64,000 nucleotides of DNA from Candidatus Latescibacterota bacterium (GCA_965217865.1 CBDCJO010000002.1:1760001-1824000); one strand, 5' to 3'; numbered from the stretch's first letter, positions 44,245 through 54,510 are shown. The notes: generated by a model from the sequence alone, not told the origin. Made by a program: numbers and translations.

Positions 44245-45228
44245 ATGGCTAAGAAAAAAATTCGTCTGGGACTGATCGGCTGTGGCGGCAACATGCGGAA
44301 GGCCCATATGCCCCGCGTTATATCGGACGGGGCCATTGACCTGGTGAGCGTGGCTGACCCGGACGAAGCCCAGATACGAGAGATCAAAAAAATATGGACC
44401 ACTCCGTTTAACGGCTACGCCGACTTCAGGAGGATGTTGGCCAAAGAGAACATGGATGCCGTCATGATCAGTTCCCCCCACCGGATGCATTACGAACACG
44501 CCAGGGCCTCCCTGGGAAAAGGCTTGCACGTCCTGGTTGAGAAGCCCCTGACGATATCGTCGAGACACTCAAAGTCCTTGATCGAATTGGCCAAAAAGAA
44601 ACGCCGTTTTATCCAGGTGGGTTATCAGAGAAATTACTACGCGCCCCACGTATACGCACGCGAATTGGTTCAAAAAGGCGCCATCGGAGACCTGCGTGGG
44701 GTGGTATCCTATGTGACACAAAATTGGGGGGACGTCGGAGGTTGGCGCCTGAATCCGTTCATCTCTGGAGGCGGCATGTTCATGGACACCGGAAGCCACC
44801 TGGTAGCCTCCACCCTCTGGGTCACCGGACTGGAACCGGTTGAAGTTTTCGCGTTCATGGATAATTCAGGAAAGGACGTGGACATCAATGCGGTGGTAAA
44901 CGTCCGTTTTTCGGGGGGTGCGATGGGCACGCTCGATTCGTTTGGAAATGCCAGTCGACACGACGAACGTCTGGCCATCCACGGGAGCCGGGGATGTATC
45001 GTCTTCCGTTTGCACAAATTCCGCTTGAATGAAGTTCTGTTGAACGATCAGCCTATGAAAATTCCTTCCCGGATTAAAGAAACGACCCCAGACGCTGCGT
45101 TCTTCAAATGGATTCGAAACGGAGGAAAAGGATATACCCATCCCCAATATGCGGTTCAGGTCGCCAGGCTATCGGAAGCCGCTTACGAATCTTTCCTACG
45201 CAAAAGACCCGTCAAGGTTGCCCTTTAA
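44245..45228 (+). CDS. Gfo/Idh/MocA oxidoreductase
   Basis: GLIGCG, HVLVEKP, GGGMFMDTGSH. Confidence 0.93.
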   Translation: MAKKKIRLGLIGCGGNMRKAHMPRVISDGAIDLVSVADPDEAQIREIKKIWTTPFNGYADFRRMLAKENMDAVMISSPHRMHYEHARASLGKGLHVLVEKPLTISSRHSKSLIELAKKKRRFIQVGYQRNYYAPHVYARELVQKGAIGDLRGVVSYVTQNWGDVGGWRLNPFISGGGMFMDTGSHLVASTLWVTGLEPVEVFAFMDNSGKDVDINAVVNVRFSGGAMGTLDSFGNASRHDERLAIHGSRGCIVFRLHKFRLNEVLLNDQPMKIPSRIKETTPDAAFFKWIRNGGKGYTHPQYAVQVARLSEAAYESFLRKRPVKVAL

Positions 45229-45241
45229 TCACTGGCTACAT

Positions 45242-46207
45242 CTAATCGTCTCGGATTTCCATTTTTAACGCCCCGACCGGCCTGCTATCGAGGTCAAATC
45301 CATCAGAGCTTCCCACCTCCTGGAATCCAAGCGACTCAAATCGCGATCGTTTGTCCTCATCTTCGATAGATACAGATGCCCAGCACGAACTCGCGTCTCG
45401 ACCAAATCCCCAATCCATGGCTGCGCCCATAAGGTTGTCCCAGGCGTTCATAAAGACCTGGTGTGTGAATCCATCCACCCTGCAACTTCCCGAGTCATCG
45501 AGCCTGGCCGTGGCGAGCCCGACCAGTTTGCCGCGATCCGATCGTGCGACAAACCAGGCCCCCCATCCTCCAAGCCCAATCCCTTCAAACCGAGGATATA
45601 GGCCCATACACGAACCCTGAGTCGCATATCGGGTTGAAATTAAGCCAGTATTTCCATCCAGGATCTGCCAGTCGTGCGGGGCGACGATCAAAGGGATCAT
45701 AGGAATCCGATCTGCGACCGTCCCGGGCCCGATCCGCGCCGTTCCGCTTTCTCTGAAGTAGTCGACGAGGAAGGTCTCGGGAGAGACTTCGCTCACGATC
45801 AAACCCATCACATTGGCCCCGGCAAGTTTTCGCCATCCGAGCCTTGCATACACACGTAAGGCTTCCGGATTTCCAGTCCCAAGGAACAAGGCCTTCCCTC
45901 CCTTCGCTCCAAACTCTTCTCGAGCCATTCCACAGAGGTTATACGCGATCCCCTTGCGGCGAAATTTCGGGTTCGTAGCCACCTCACCCAACCCCCCCAA
46001 TTCGGGATTTGTCCGGGATATGGTCAAGTGACATGTACCGCCCAACGCTTCCCCTTCCCGTAAAAAATAAAAGATGTCGTGGTTCTGTTCGGTTTCCTTC
46101 CCCTCGAAAATCCCCAGAGAACTTTCGTAGGAATTTCCGAAGATCTCCTCCCAGAAATCGGTCAGCTCTTTTGTCAAATCATTCGGCAGCGGTACCTCAA
46201 TCCTCAT
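45242..46207 (-). CDS. GNAT-domain protein
   Basis: LGEVATNPKFRRKGIA, ALRVYARLGW. Confidence 0.85.
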   Translation of the reverse strand: MRIEVPLPNDLTKELTDFWEEIFGNSYESSLGIFEGKETEQNHDIFYFLREGEALGGTCHLTISRTNPELGGLGEVATNPKFRRKGIAYNLCGMAREEFGAKGGKALFLGTGNPEALRVYARLGWRKLAGANVMGLIVSEVSPETFLVDYFRESGTARIGPGTVADRIPMIPLIVAPHDWQILDGNTGLISTRYATQGSCMGLYPRFEGIGLGGWGAWFVARSDRGKLVGLATARLDDSGSCRVDGFTHQVFMNAWDNLMGAAMDWGFGRDASSCWASVSIEDEDKRSRFESLGFQEVGSSDGFDLDSRPVGALKMEIRDD

Positions 46208-46489
46208 GAAAACCTCCTTGTATCCCTTGTAACAGGATCTTTATACGGAATACTATCTAATTTAAATTGGAACACGACTTGAAACAAAAACATTCTCATT
46301 TTATCTCGGCTGACGTGGAGACTGAATGATCCCATCGTATTTTGACTTTTCCCTTGCAAACCCAATTTTCCTCGGCCTTGATTCCTCTTGACCCTCGATT
46401 TTGACCACATTATATTGGCCCGTCGCATTTAATGAGGTTTCCAACGGATTCGATTTATTCATCGTATTTTAATCGACGGGTATCAATCA

Positions 46490-47182
46490 TTGTTTAAAAA
46501 GCTCCTCGCTTCAGCTTCGGGTTTGCTCAGGGCAGCTCAGCAAGGGCGCCTGGACAAAGTCCACTCACACCTTCAGGCTGGAATCGATCCCAATACACGG
46601 GATAAAGGTGGGCGATCGGTCATCAGATGGGCCACCGTCAGAGGACACCTCGATATTGTAAAAACCCTTCTCGATGCCGGGGCGGATCCGAACGTTCAGG
46701 ACAGGGAAGGCTATACCGTCCTGATGGTGGCCGCAGGTGAAGGGTCGACCGATATCGCCCTGGCCCTTCTCAAAGCGGGCGCAGAGCCCAACGCGAAAAC
46801 GGAATCCGGCTTAACCGCTCTGATGGCGGCCGCGGAGAAGGGACATCTCGATGTAGTCAAGTCCATGCTCGATGCCGGCGCGGATCCGAACGCGCAGCGG
46901 AGGACCGGCCAGAGGGCTTTGGGCTTGGCGGTCAATGAAGGCATAACGGAGATTGTTCAGGCCTTGCTTGATGCCGGGGCAGACCCGAATGCCAGATTGG
47001 AAGTGGGCATGACGCCTCTGATCATGGCCTCTATCGAACGCCACAGCGATATGGTCCGGATTCTGCTCGATGCCGGGGCGGATCCAAATGCGAAGGACAG
47101 CGTCAGTCAAACACCCCTTCGGCTGGCTCAGGGTCACTCTGAAATCGTTCAATTACTCGATCGAGCCGGGGCAAGGGAATAG
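46490..47182 (+). CDS. Ankyrin-repeat protein
   Basis: About six repeats of the G.TALM.AA..GH..IV..LLDAGADPN pattern. Confidence 0.93.
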   Translation: MFKKLLASASGLLRAAQQGRLDKVHSHLQAGIDPNTRDKGGRSVIRWATVRGHLDIVKTLLDAGADPNVQDREGYTVLMVAAGEGSTDIALALLKAGAEPNAKTESGLTALMAAAEKGHLDVVKSMLDAGADPNAQRRTGQRALGLAVNEGITEIVQALLDAGADPNARLEVGMTPLIMASIERHSDMVRILLDAGADPNAKDSVSQTPLRLAQGHSEIVQLLDRAGARE

Positions 47183-47319
47183 GTGGATCCTGATTTGTCC
47201 GGTTCGGAGAATCAATGTGCATATATTAACGGTTTGGCAATAGATTCTGCTTGCCCCCAAGTGTCCTGTTTTACACGTCTCCATTCCGATCCGATCTTCT
47301 ATACCATCCTCAAAATCCC

Positions 47320-47348
47320 TTGACAACCCTAGCCTCCCACTTTACCTT
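47320..47348 (+). promoter_or_regulatory. Sigma70-like promoter
   Basis: TTGACA-N17-TACCTT. Confidence 0.5.
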
Positions 47349-47414
47349 GGTTTATTCGGATTTGAAGAATACGAGATCCTTTCCTGAATTCACCGGGATG
47401 TCTATGGAGGTTTG

Positions 47415-48170
47415 ATGCCATCCGATCAAGCCATGCGGTTTTTGACACAGGGATACCTGGTCATGAGGAATGTCCTCACGCCGGATGAACTCCGGCGAGC
47501 GCGGGAGGCATTCGATGGGGCTGTGGAAAAGGGGCAAATGGCCGAAGAGAAAACCGGGAAGGACTACTTCGGCCTGAAAAACATTTTTGATATCGACGAT
47601 ATCTTCCTGGAACTGGTAAATCACCCCGTCACATTTCCTGTGGTGCGGGAGGCCATTGGGGATGACGTACATCTGGAAACCGCTCAGGGGGTCTTTTTAC
47701 CTCCCGGGGCAGATCTCTTCAAATGGCATTGGGACACCCACGCCTTTCAAGGGGTGAACATAGAGATGTCGCCACGCTTCAGGGCAAAACTTCATTACTT
47801 CCTCGCCGACGTACCTGAAGACCGCGGCTGCCTTGGGTATGTACCCGGAAGTCACAGGTTCCGGACCGACGAGCTGCCGGAAGTGGAGCGGTTGGAGGAC
47901 ATGCCCGGACACGTCCGGTTGCCGATGAAAGCGGGAGATGCGCTTTTGATCCACATACACGGGTGGCACACGGTGTTCCCCAATACGAGCGACGAGCCGA
48001 GAAAGTCGATCATCCTCGTCTACTCCCATTCCTGGATGAAGCGGAACGATAAAGCCAGGCCCTCGGACCTCACGCGGATCCAGGATGACCCGGTGAAAAT
48101 ACACCTCTTCGGGGTTGGTGAAGACAAGGGTTATAAGGGAACGCGTCTTCCCCCGGTTGGGGCCACATAG
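47415..48170 (+). CDS. Phytanoyl-CoA dioxygenase (PhyH) family protein
   Basis: WHWD, GCLGYVPGSH, KAGDALL..WH..PNTSDEPRK. Confidence 0.92.
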   Translation: MPSDQAMRFLTQGYLVMRNVLTPDELRRAREAFDGAVEKGQMAEEKTGKDYFGLKNIFDIDDIFLELVNHPVTFPVVREAIGDDVHLETAQGVFLPPGADLFKWHWDTHAFQGVNIEMSPRFRAKLHYFLADVPEDRGCLGYVPGSHRFRTDELPEVERLEDMPGHVRLPMKAGDALLIHIHGWHTVFPNTSDEPRKSIILVYSHSWMKRNDKARPSDLTRIQDDPVKIHLFGVGEDKGYKGTRLPPVGAT

Positions 48171-48232
48171 TCGGTTATGTTAGGTGAAGCCCAAGACCCA
48201 AACCAAGCAGGTGCAACTGAAAGGAGGAAAAG

Positions 48233-48887
48233 ATGATTCGCTCAACGGTTCGCAAATCGTGGGCTGGGATCCTTTCCCTTTTCCTTTTTGCAGTCCCGGG
48301 GTTTACCGAAACCTATCAGATAGATCCGAGTCACTCGTCTGTAGAATTCTCTGTCCGCCATATCTTCAGCCAGGTTTCTGGAAAATTCAAAACTTTTTCA
48401 GGGGTCATTCAGTATGATCCCAAATCTCTGGAAAACGCTTCGGTTGAGGCGACTATCAAGGTCGCCAGCATCGATACGGACAACGAGAAGCGGGATAATC
48501 ATCTTAAAAGTCCCGATTTTTTCGATGCGGAAAAATATCCCGAAATCACCTTTAAGAGCGAATCGGTTAAGAATCAGGAAGGGGGTCTCCTCCTCAAAGG
48601 TGACCTCACCATGCACGGCGTCACTAAGAGCGTTCTGGTATTGGTCGAGGTTCTGGGTGGGCACCCATCCAATGGCCAAAATCCCTATTGCAGGATTTTC
48701 TGCGGGATCGACCCTCAAACGATCGGATTTTGGGGTCAACAACTGGACAGACCCCGCCAATATCGTTGGCGACGAGGTCAAGATTACCTTAAATTTAGAG
48801 GCCGTGGCCAAGCCGATGGCAAATCCCTGTAATCAGCGGAATCCGTGTGGCAAATCCGAAAACCCCTGCAACCCTTGCAGCAAGTAA
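48233..48887 (+). CDS. YceI-family protein with NPC-repeat tail (frameshift near 48658)
   Basis: Signal peptide, IDPSHSSVEFSVRH, RDNHLKSPDFFD, GDLTMHGVTK; second frame gives KRSDFG..VGDEVKI. Confidence 0.88.
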
Positions 48888-48940
48888 GCCGAGGGTGTAA
48901 AGAGCCTTCGGCTTAACGGAGAAGTGATGACCGCAAAAAA

Positions 48941-49345
48941 ATGATTCGGTCGACGATTTTGGCTTTCATCGTGATGTTCATACTGGGCGGGCTGTGGCAC
49001 GCGGTCCTCATGGTGGATTTCTATAAGGAACTTTTAACCCCAGAATCCCGGGAACCGCACCAGATTCAGTTCATCGCATCCGGCGTCTTCCTCTTGGCCT
49101 TGTCGATGGCCTATCTCTATCCCAAGGGCTACAGAGGAGGGTCGCCAATAAAAGAGGGATTAGTATTCGGGGTAATTATGGGACTAATCTGGATTATTCC
49201 CCACGGCTTGGTCATGCATGGAATGACGGCAACCTCGGGAAAGCTGTTATTAGTCGATGGTCTATGGCACCTTTTCGAACAAGGAATGGGTGGTATTGTG
49301 ATCGCATCGGTTTATGGCAGAGATTCGGAGTCCACATCCACCTAA
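48941..49345 (+). CDS. Four-helix membrane protein (DUF1761/DUF2177-like)
   Basis: Four hydrophobic segments; LWHAVLMVDFY, EGLVFGVIMG. Confidence 0.7.
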   Translation: MIRSTILAFIVMFILGGLWHAVLMVDFYKELLTPESREPHQIQFIASGVFLLALSMAYLYPKGYRGGSPIKEGLVFGVIMGLIWIIPHGLVMHGMTATSGKLLLVDGLWHLFEQGMGGIVIASVYGRDSESTST

Positions 49346-49409
49346 AAAGCGCTGCTCCCCGAGCTCCATCCACCACTTTCCTCTTGACATCCTTTTTTTC
49401 TAATCGAAC

Positions 49410-49642
49410 GGTGATTATATACTTGATAAAGTCATGATAGTGATGAAGGCTCTGTCTACTCAAACAATCTGTTGGCAGTCCCCATGCCGACAAATATAAG
49501 AAACAGGACATCAAAAATCAGGTAAAGAAATCGCTCGAATCGGACGATCTCCGGCCAAAGGACGGGGCATTCTGCGAAACTTTCGCAAAAAACTCAACAT
49601 TTTGGGATAAAGCAAATAGCCTTTGTCAAGTATATAATTCCC
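49410..49642. mobile_element. IS1595-family MITE (233 bp)
   Basis: IRs GGTGATTATATACTTGATAAAG / GGGAATTATATACTTGACAAAG; perfect 8-bp duplication AATCGAAC at 49402-09 and 49643-50. Confidence 0.9.
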
Positions 49643-49723
49643 AATCGAACTGTGGTCTAAGCTTCCTCATCGGGAGGAAGCAGATGGATATTCTGCCTAC
49701 ATTAGATTCAAGGCATCTGGCGA

Positions 49724-49760
49724 TCAGCCGCATCTGAATAGGTGCGGCTGATTTATTTTT
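49724..49760 (+). terminator. Intrinsic terminator
   Basis: ATCAGCCGCATCT-GAAT-AGGTGCGGCTGAT followed by a T-rich tract. Confidence 0.7.
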
Positions 49761-49832
49761 CGCATAGTAAAACTTAACGCAATTAGCAGATTAAGGCTTG
49801 ACTTTACAAACCAAACTGAGTAACTTCATACC

Positions 49833-51089
49833 ATGTCCAACTTCAAGAACCGCACGATGTGGACGGGTGACAACCTGGACATCATGCGTGGTATGAATTC
49901 CGAAAGCGTCGATCTGATCTACCTTGATCCGCCGTTCAACAGCAACCGCACCTACGCCGCGCCTATTGGATCTGAAGCGGCAGGAGCGGTTTTCAAGGAT
50001 TCATGGTCGTTGTCCGACTTGGATGTTGCTTGGATGGGTATTATCGCCGACAAACACCCGGCCTTATATTCGATTATAGATGCGGCAGGATTGGCGCACG
50101 GGAAAGGCATGAAGTCATATCTCATAATGATGGCCATAAGGCTGCTTGAAATGAAGCGATTGTTGAAGGACACAGGCTCAATTTATCTACATTGTGACCA
50201 GACAGCGAGCCATTACCTGAAGCTGCTCATGGACGCGGTGTTCGGACAAAGAAGCGTTCGGAATGAGATTGTTTGGCACTATAGCGGGTGGAATAAGCGG
50301 ATGAAGCGCCACCTAGAGAAGCGCCACGATACGATCCTGTTCTACGGCATGAGTTCTCATACTACGTTTCACTATCCAGTACGGCCCTGGAACAACAAAA
50401 AAGAGTACGTGGCGCGTCGCAAGCAAAAGGTACACCTAGATTCAGGAGGTAGGGAGTATGTCCTTTCTGATGCTGGCAGTGGCGAACGGGTTCGGCGCTA
50501 TCTTGATGACGCTATGACCTATGGCGTTCCACTTGACGATGTTTGGGACATCCCGAAAATCAACAACTCGGATGCTGAGCGTGTCGGCTACCCAACCCAG
50601 AAGCCATTAGCGTTGCTTGAACGCATCATCAAGGCTTCGTCGAACGAAGGCGATGTGGTCCTGGACCCATTCGCGGGCTGCGCCACCGCCTGCGTTGCTG
50701 CCGAGAAACTGCACCGCCAATGGGTAGGTATAGACATATCGGAGAAGGCGGTTGATCTAGTCCAGGTCCGTATTCGGCAATTCGACCTGTTCAGCGACTT
50801 CACGCCTGTCAAGCGAACCGACGTCCCGAAAAGAACGGACGTAGGCAAGCTTCCCAACTACCGTACACATAGGCATGTCCTGTTCGGCAAACAGGAAGGA
50901 ATGTGCAAAGGATGCCGTTCAACATTTCACTTCAGAAACTTCGTGGTGGATCATATCGTACCCAAAATCAAAGGAGGAACCAACCATCCAGAAAACCTGC
51001 AACTGCTCTGCGGAGCCTGTAATAGTGTCAAGGGAAGCAATACCCATGAATATCTGATCTCCAAATTGAAAGCGGATGGCATTCTGTAA
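49833..51089 (+). CDS. Beta-class N6/N4 DNA methyltransferase fused to C-terminal HNH endonuclease
   Basis: DLIYLDPPF (motif IV) precedes YPTQKP and VVLDPFAGC (motif I); CKGC..VDHIVP..GGTNHPENLQLLCGACNSVKG. Confidence 0.92.
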   Translation: MSNFKNRTMWTGDNLDIMRGMNSESVDLIYLDPPFNSNRTYAAPIGSEAAGAVFKDSWSLSDLDVAWMGIIADKHPALYSIIDAAGLAHGKGMKSYLIMMAIRLLEMKRLLKDTGSIYLHCDQTASHYLKLLMDAVFGQRSVRNEIVWHYSGWNKRMKRHLEKRHDTILFYGMSSHTTFHYPVRPWNNKKEYVARRKQKVHLDSGGREYVLSDAGSGERVRRYLDDAMTYGVPLDDVWDIPKINNSDAERVGYPTQKPLALLERIIKASSNEGDVVLDPFAGCATACVAAEKLHRQWVGIDISEKAVDLVQVRIRQFDLFSDFTPVKRTDVPKRTDVGKLPNYRTHRHVLFGKQEGMCKGCRSTFHFRNFVVDHIVPKIKGGTNHPENLQLLCGACNSVKGSNTHEYLISKLKADGIL

Positions 51090-51129
51090 CGTGTAGGATT
51101 TCTAACTGGCCCACTGAAAGGACGGAATT

Positions 51130-51420
51130 ATGTCTTTGACAGATGAGCAAGTGCGTCGATCTATGAAGAAGGTTCCCGTTGTTTCCCGTCAGGACGCGAA
51201 TAAGCTATCCAATCAAGCTCTTCTTGTGTCAGGCGTGGGGGTTCGCCACGCCACGTCCCGATCAGTTTTAATTCTGGAGATAGCCATCGAGGGTGTTCGC
51301 GGGGAAGAGAGGATCGATCTTGCCCTATCTCCTCCAGCTGCTGCTCAGCTTGCCCGGATGCTGAAGAAGGCGGTGAAGGCCTACCTGTTAGGCGACGAAA
51401 AAAACTCCGTATCCACATAA
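51130..51420 (+). CDS. Hypothetical passenger protein
   Basis: 96-aa ORF with AAGGA upstream, between the MTase and the converging transposase. Confidence 0.6.
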   Translation: MSLTDEQVRRSMKKVPVVSRQDANKLSNQALLVSGVGVRHATSRSVLILEIAIEGVRGEERIDLALSPPAAAQLARMLKKAVKAYLLGDEKNSVST

Positions 51421-51440
51421 TTTAACCTCCCGAAAAAAGA

Positions 51441-52322
51441 CTATGCGAAGCAACCCTTCATGAACGTATCAAACGTCCGCTTGTTCTTCCGGTTGTTGTA
51501 TTTGTAACACGCCTCGGCCACGTAGAACGGCGTGTAACGCTTCGTGTAGTGATGATGGGAACCGTACCACGCTCTCTTTAGCAGGGACCATACGCCTTCA
51601 ATCGTGTTCGTGTGTATATCACCGTCCGCATAATGCCTGGCATGGTGAATCACGGCGTGACTCATGATTTGCCTTACTGCGTTGTAAGCCCCGAATTCGT
51701 CCGTGACAAGCACCGACCCTTCGGGCTCTATCGCCTGCTTGATGAAGTCCAGAACTCCCCTGCCTGACAGATCGTCCGCCACACGGGCAACTACCTTCCC
51801 TCCACGCTCCACGGCTCCTATAACCGGAGTCTTGCGGGTCCCGCGCCCCCTGGGAGCGTTGCCGCCGCCTTTCCGATTGTTGCGTTTCCTGGGCTTGCCT
51901 CCGACGTAGGTCTCGTCGGCTTCGACGATCCCGCGCAACAATATCTTCCCCTGCCTCGTCGCCATCTCGGCGCGAATCCGCTGTTGCATGTACCATGCCG
52001 ATCGTTGGTTAAGGTTCAGGTCCCGGGCAAGCTGGCAGCTGGACAGGCTCTTCTTGGCGTTGAGGATCAAGGCGATTGCCATAAACCACTTCTGGAGCGG
52101 AAGATGCGTACCCTGAAACATTGTCCCCGAAAGAACGTTGAAGCTGGACTTGCAGGCATGGCAGTTCCAACGCCCGACAATGGTTCCCTCTTTCTTTCGG
52201 GCACATTCCCCAACCGCCCCGCACAACGGACAAAACGGGTCACTTCCGAACCGCACCCGCTCAAGGCTTTCAATGCATGATTCCTGAGTCGGGAACCTTT
52301 CAATCGCCGTCAACAAGTTCAT
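51441..52322 (-). CDS. IS1595-family transposase
   Basis: CPLC..CHAC ribbon; IVEADETYVGG, VTDE, HTNTIEGVWSLLKR. Confidence 0.95.
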   Translation of the reverse strand: MNLLTAIERFPTQESCIESLERVRFGSDPFCPLCGAVGECARKKEGTIVGRWNCHACKSSFNVLSGTMFQGTHLPLQKWFMAIALILNAKKSLSSCQLARDLNLNQRSAWYMQQRIRAEMATRQGKILLRGIVEADETYVGGKPRKRNNRKGGGNAPRGRGTRKTPVIGAVERGGKVVARVADDLSGRGVLDFIKQAIEPEGSVLVTDEFGAYNAVRQIMSHAVIHHARHYADGDIHTNTIEGVWSLLKRAWYGSHHHYTKRYTPFYVAEACYKYNNRKNKRTFDTFMKGCFA

Positions 52323-52672
52323 TATCCTTTCTCCCTTTTTTTGGTTAAGTTGGTTGTTTTAACTACACTTAATATAACCAAAAAGGGACCGAAAGTCAAG
52401 CCTTAATCTGCTAATTCCCAAACTGAATACGTGTTTTCCCAAGCGGCGTTACGATTGTTACCGTTATTGCCTACAGGCGCGGCACTGAAAGAGCGCTGGA
52501 ATATCGACCGCGGGCTTGCGATCGTCATTCCTCTCATCTGTTGTATATTTGCCAACGGCAGCGGCGAGGCTGTGACCCCCGATAACCCCTCTCGGGGACA
52601 TGTCGAACACGCCCCGCAGGACATGACCGGAGAGGCCGCCTCCCGCGAGAGGATCCGCCGCCGCCCGGCCTG

Positions 52673-53092
52673 GTGGCGCGCGACCGCATGGTTCGCACCC
52701 AGATTGAGAAACCAGGCTTTTTCACAACACCCGTCACCAGGCCATCGGTCCTGAACGCGATGCGAGCTGTGCCCAGGCACGTCTTCGTACCCGGACACGT
52801 TCGGGGAAACGCCTATGACAACACACCTCTTCCGATCGGTTACGGACAGACGATCTCCCAACCTTACATCGTGGCCATAATGACAGAACTTGTGGAAATC
52901 GGTCCGGATTCCAAGGTTCTCGAGATCGGCACGGGATCGGGTTATCAGGCGGCCGTGTTTGCACACCTTACCCCCCTCGTATACTCTCTTGAGATTCTTC
53001 AACCCCTGGCGGAACAATCAAGGAATACGCTCTATGGACAGGGATACGAGGTGATGCTTCGGCACGGGGACGGCTACTATGTTGGGGCTTGA
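52673..53092 (+). pseudogene. pcm: Protein-L-isoaspartate O-methyltransferase, truncated
   Basis: AMRAVPRHVFVP, PLPIGYGQTISQPYIVA, KVLEIGTGSGYQAAV; stops after HGDGYY. Confidence 0.88.
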
Positions 53093-53267
53093 ACGGTTTC
53101 GCCTCTGTGTTGGCCCCCCCGATTGCGACCGCCATCGCCATGAACTATGGGTTTCGTTTCTCAGCGGGAATCGCAATGTGTCTCTACCTTCTGGCAGCTC
53201 TTGTGATCAAAAGGCTGCCCTGTCAACCCTCAATTCAGTCAATTTAGATTCTCGGAGGAAAAAGCCT

Positions 53268-54506
53268 ATGATGGTGCTTAACGCTGGTCAACCCGTGATC
53301 CTTGACCGGCACGATGGCTATCTGCATCTTCTCGAGGCAACCCACCATTACTGTTCGGTGGGCAAGGCTGCTGACGGGACGATCCTGGCGAGCTTTGGGA
53401 TGCATCCCGATATAAGGATGCCCGAGAACGTCTATGTTCCGGTTGACGTGGAAGGCAGCGATTACCCCCTGTACAAGTTTCGTCCCCGGGAGGCCTATCC
53501 GAACTATCGCTGGCCCCACGATGCGGCGACCTGTCGATCTGAAGACGGGGGACACACCTGGTCCGACCCCGTGGTCGGAGTCGGGTGTTTCGGAGTCGTC
53601 TCCGTGGGTGACAAGACCCTGTGCCCCGGGGGACGGCTTTGGCTCCTCGAACCCGGCCTTGCCGTCACCTTCTTCAGCGAGTCGGACGATAGCGGACTGT
53701 CCTGGAGTGACCGGCCCGGCGTTTTGTTTCACTTTCCGCCCGAACTGGATCTGGTCGTCTCGGAAACCTTCTATCCGGGGGTCAAGGTGGTGATGAATTT
53801 CGAGAACTGCGGAACGTTCAAAGTGGTTTCCGATGGTTCTATCGTGACCTTCGGCACGGCCGCGATGGAGCGCGATGGAAGACAATGGAAATTCCCGCTT
53901 ATGTTTCGAAGCACCGATGGGGGATTCCATTTCGAGTTCGTGGGATTTCCCACGGGAACAGAGCCACCCCTCGACCACGGGGGATTCGTGGAACCCGCCC
54001 TGACGGAGTTGCCCAGCGGGGACCTGCTGGCCGCTTTCCGCACGTCTTACCACAGGCCGGACCGGGTGATGATGCAATGCCGATCCTCGGATGGGGGTCG
54101 GACCTGGAGGGGGCCTGTCGTGTCCCCGGGCGTACCCCGCCATTACCCGCTCCGTGGTTTACAACCGATCCGCAACCAGGGAAAGATGTACTCGAATGCA
54201 GCCAATGTATCCCCCGGGTTGGCATCCCTCCCGAACGGCGTAGTCGTCATGGTATACGGACGTCCCGGCGTACACATCACCTTCAGCGAAGACGGTTCGG
54301 GGGACGAATGGACGGACCGCATCCCTGTGGTCCCGGAGAGATCCCTGTTCGGTATAAACTACGAAAGCTCGGACATGGCGGGGGTCATAGATGTGGGTGA
54401 AAATGAGTTGCTGATGGTTTATGATGTTTACAACTATCAGCCTCCGGAGGGAGGCCCTCAGGGAAATACTGTCTTCGCGCTACATATGACCGCAGAAAAG
54501 GATTGA
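53268..54506 (+). CDS. BNR/Asp-box (sialidase-like) protein
   Basis: Asp boxes SEDGGHTW, SDDSGLSW, STDGGFHF, SSDGGRTW. Confidence 0.85.
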   Translation: MMVLNAGQPVILDRHDGYLHLLEATHHYCSVGKAADGTILASFGMHPDIRMPENVYVPVDVEGSDYPLYKFRPREAYPNYRWPHDAATCRSEDGGHTWSDPVVGVGCFGVVSVGDKTLCPGGRLWLLEPGLAVTFFSESDDSGLSWSDRPGVLFHFPPELDLVVSETFYPGVKVVMNFENCGTFKVVSDGSIVTFGTAAMERDGRQWKFPLMFRSTDGGFHFEFVGFPTGTEPPLDHGGFVEPALTELPSGDLLAAFRTSYHRPDRVMMQCRSSDGGRTWRGPVVSPGVPRHYPLRGLQPIRNQGKMYSNAANVSPGLASLPNGVVVMVYGRPGVHITFSEDGSGDEWTDRIPVVPERSLFGINYESSDMAGVIDVGENELLMVYDVYNYQPPEGGPQGNTVFALHMTAEKD

Positions 54507-54510
54507 AGGC

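Larger units (their letters stand above)
49778..52419. mobile_element. IS1595-family transporter IS with two passenger genes
   Basis: 24-bp perfect IR core AATTAGCAGATTAAGGCTTGACTT at both ends; 8-bp target duplication AAACTTAA / AAACTGAA. Confidence 0.9.
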
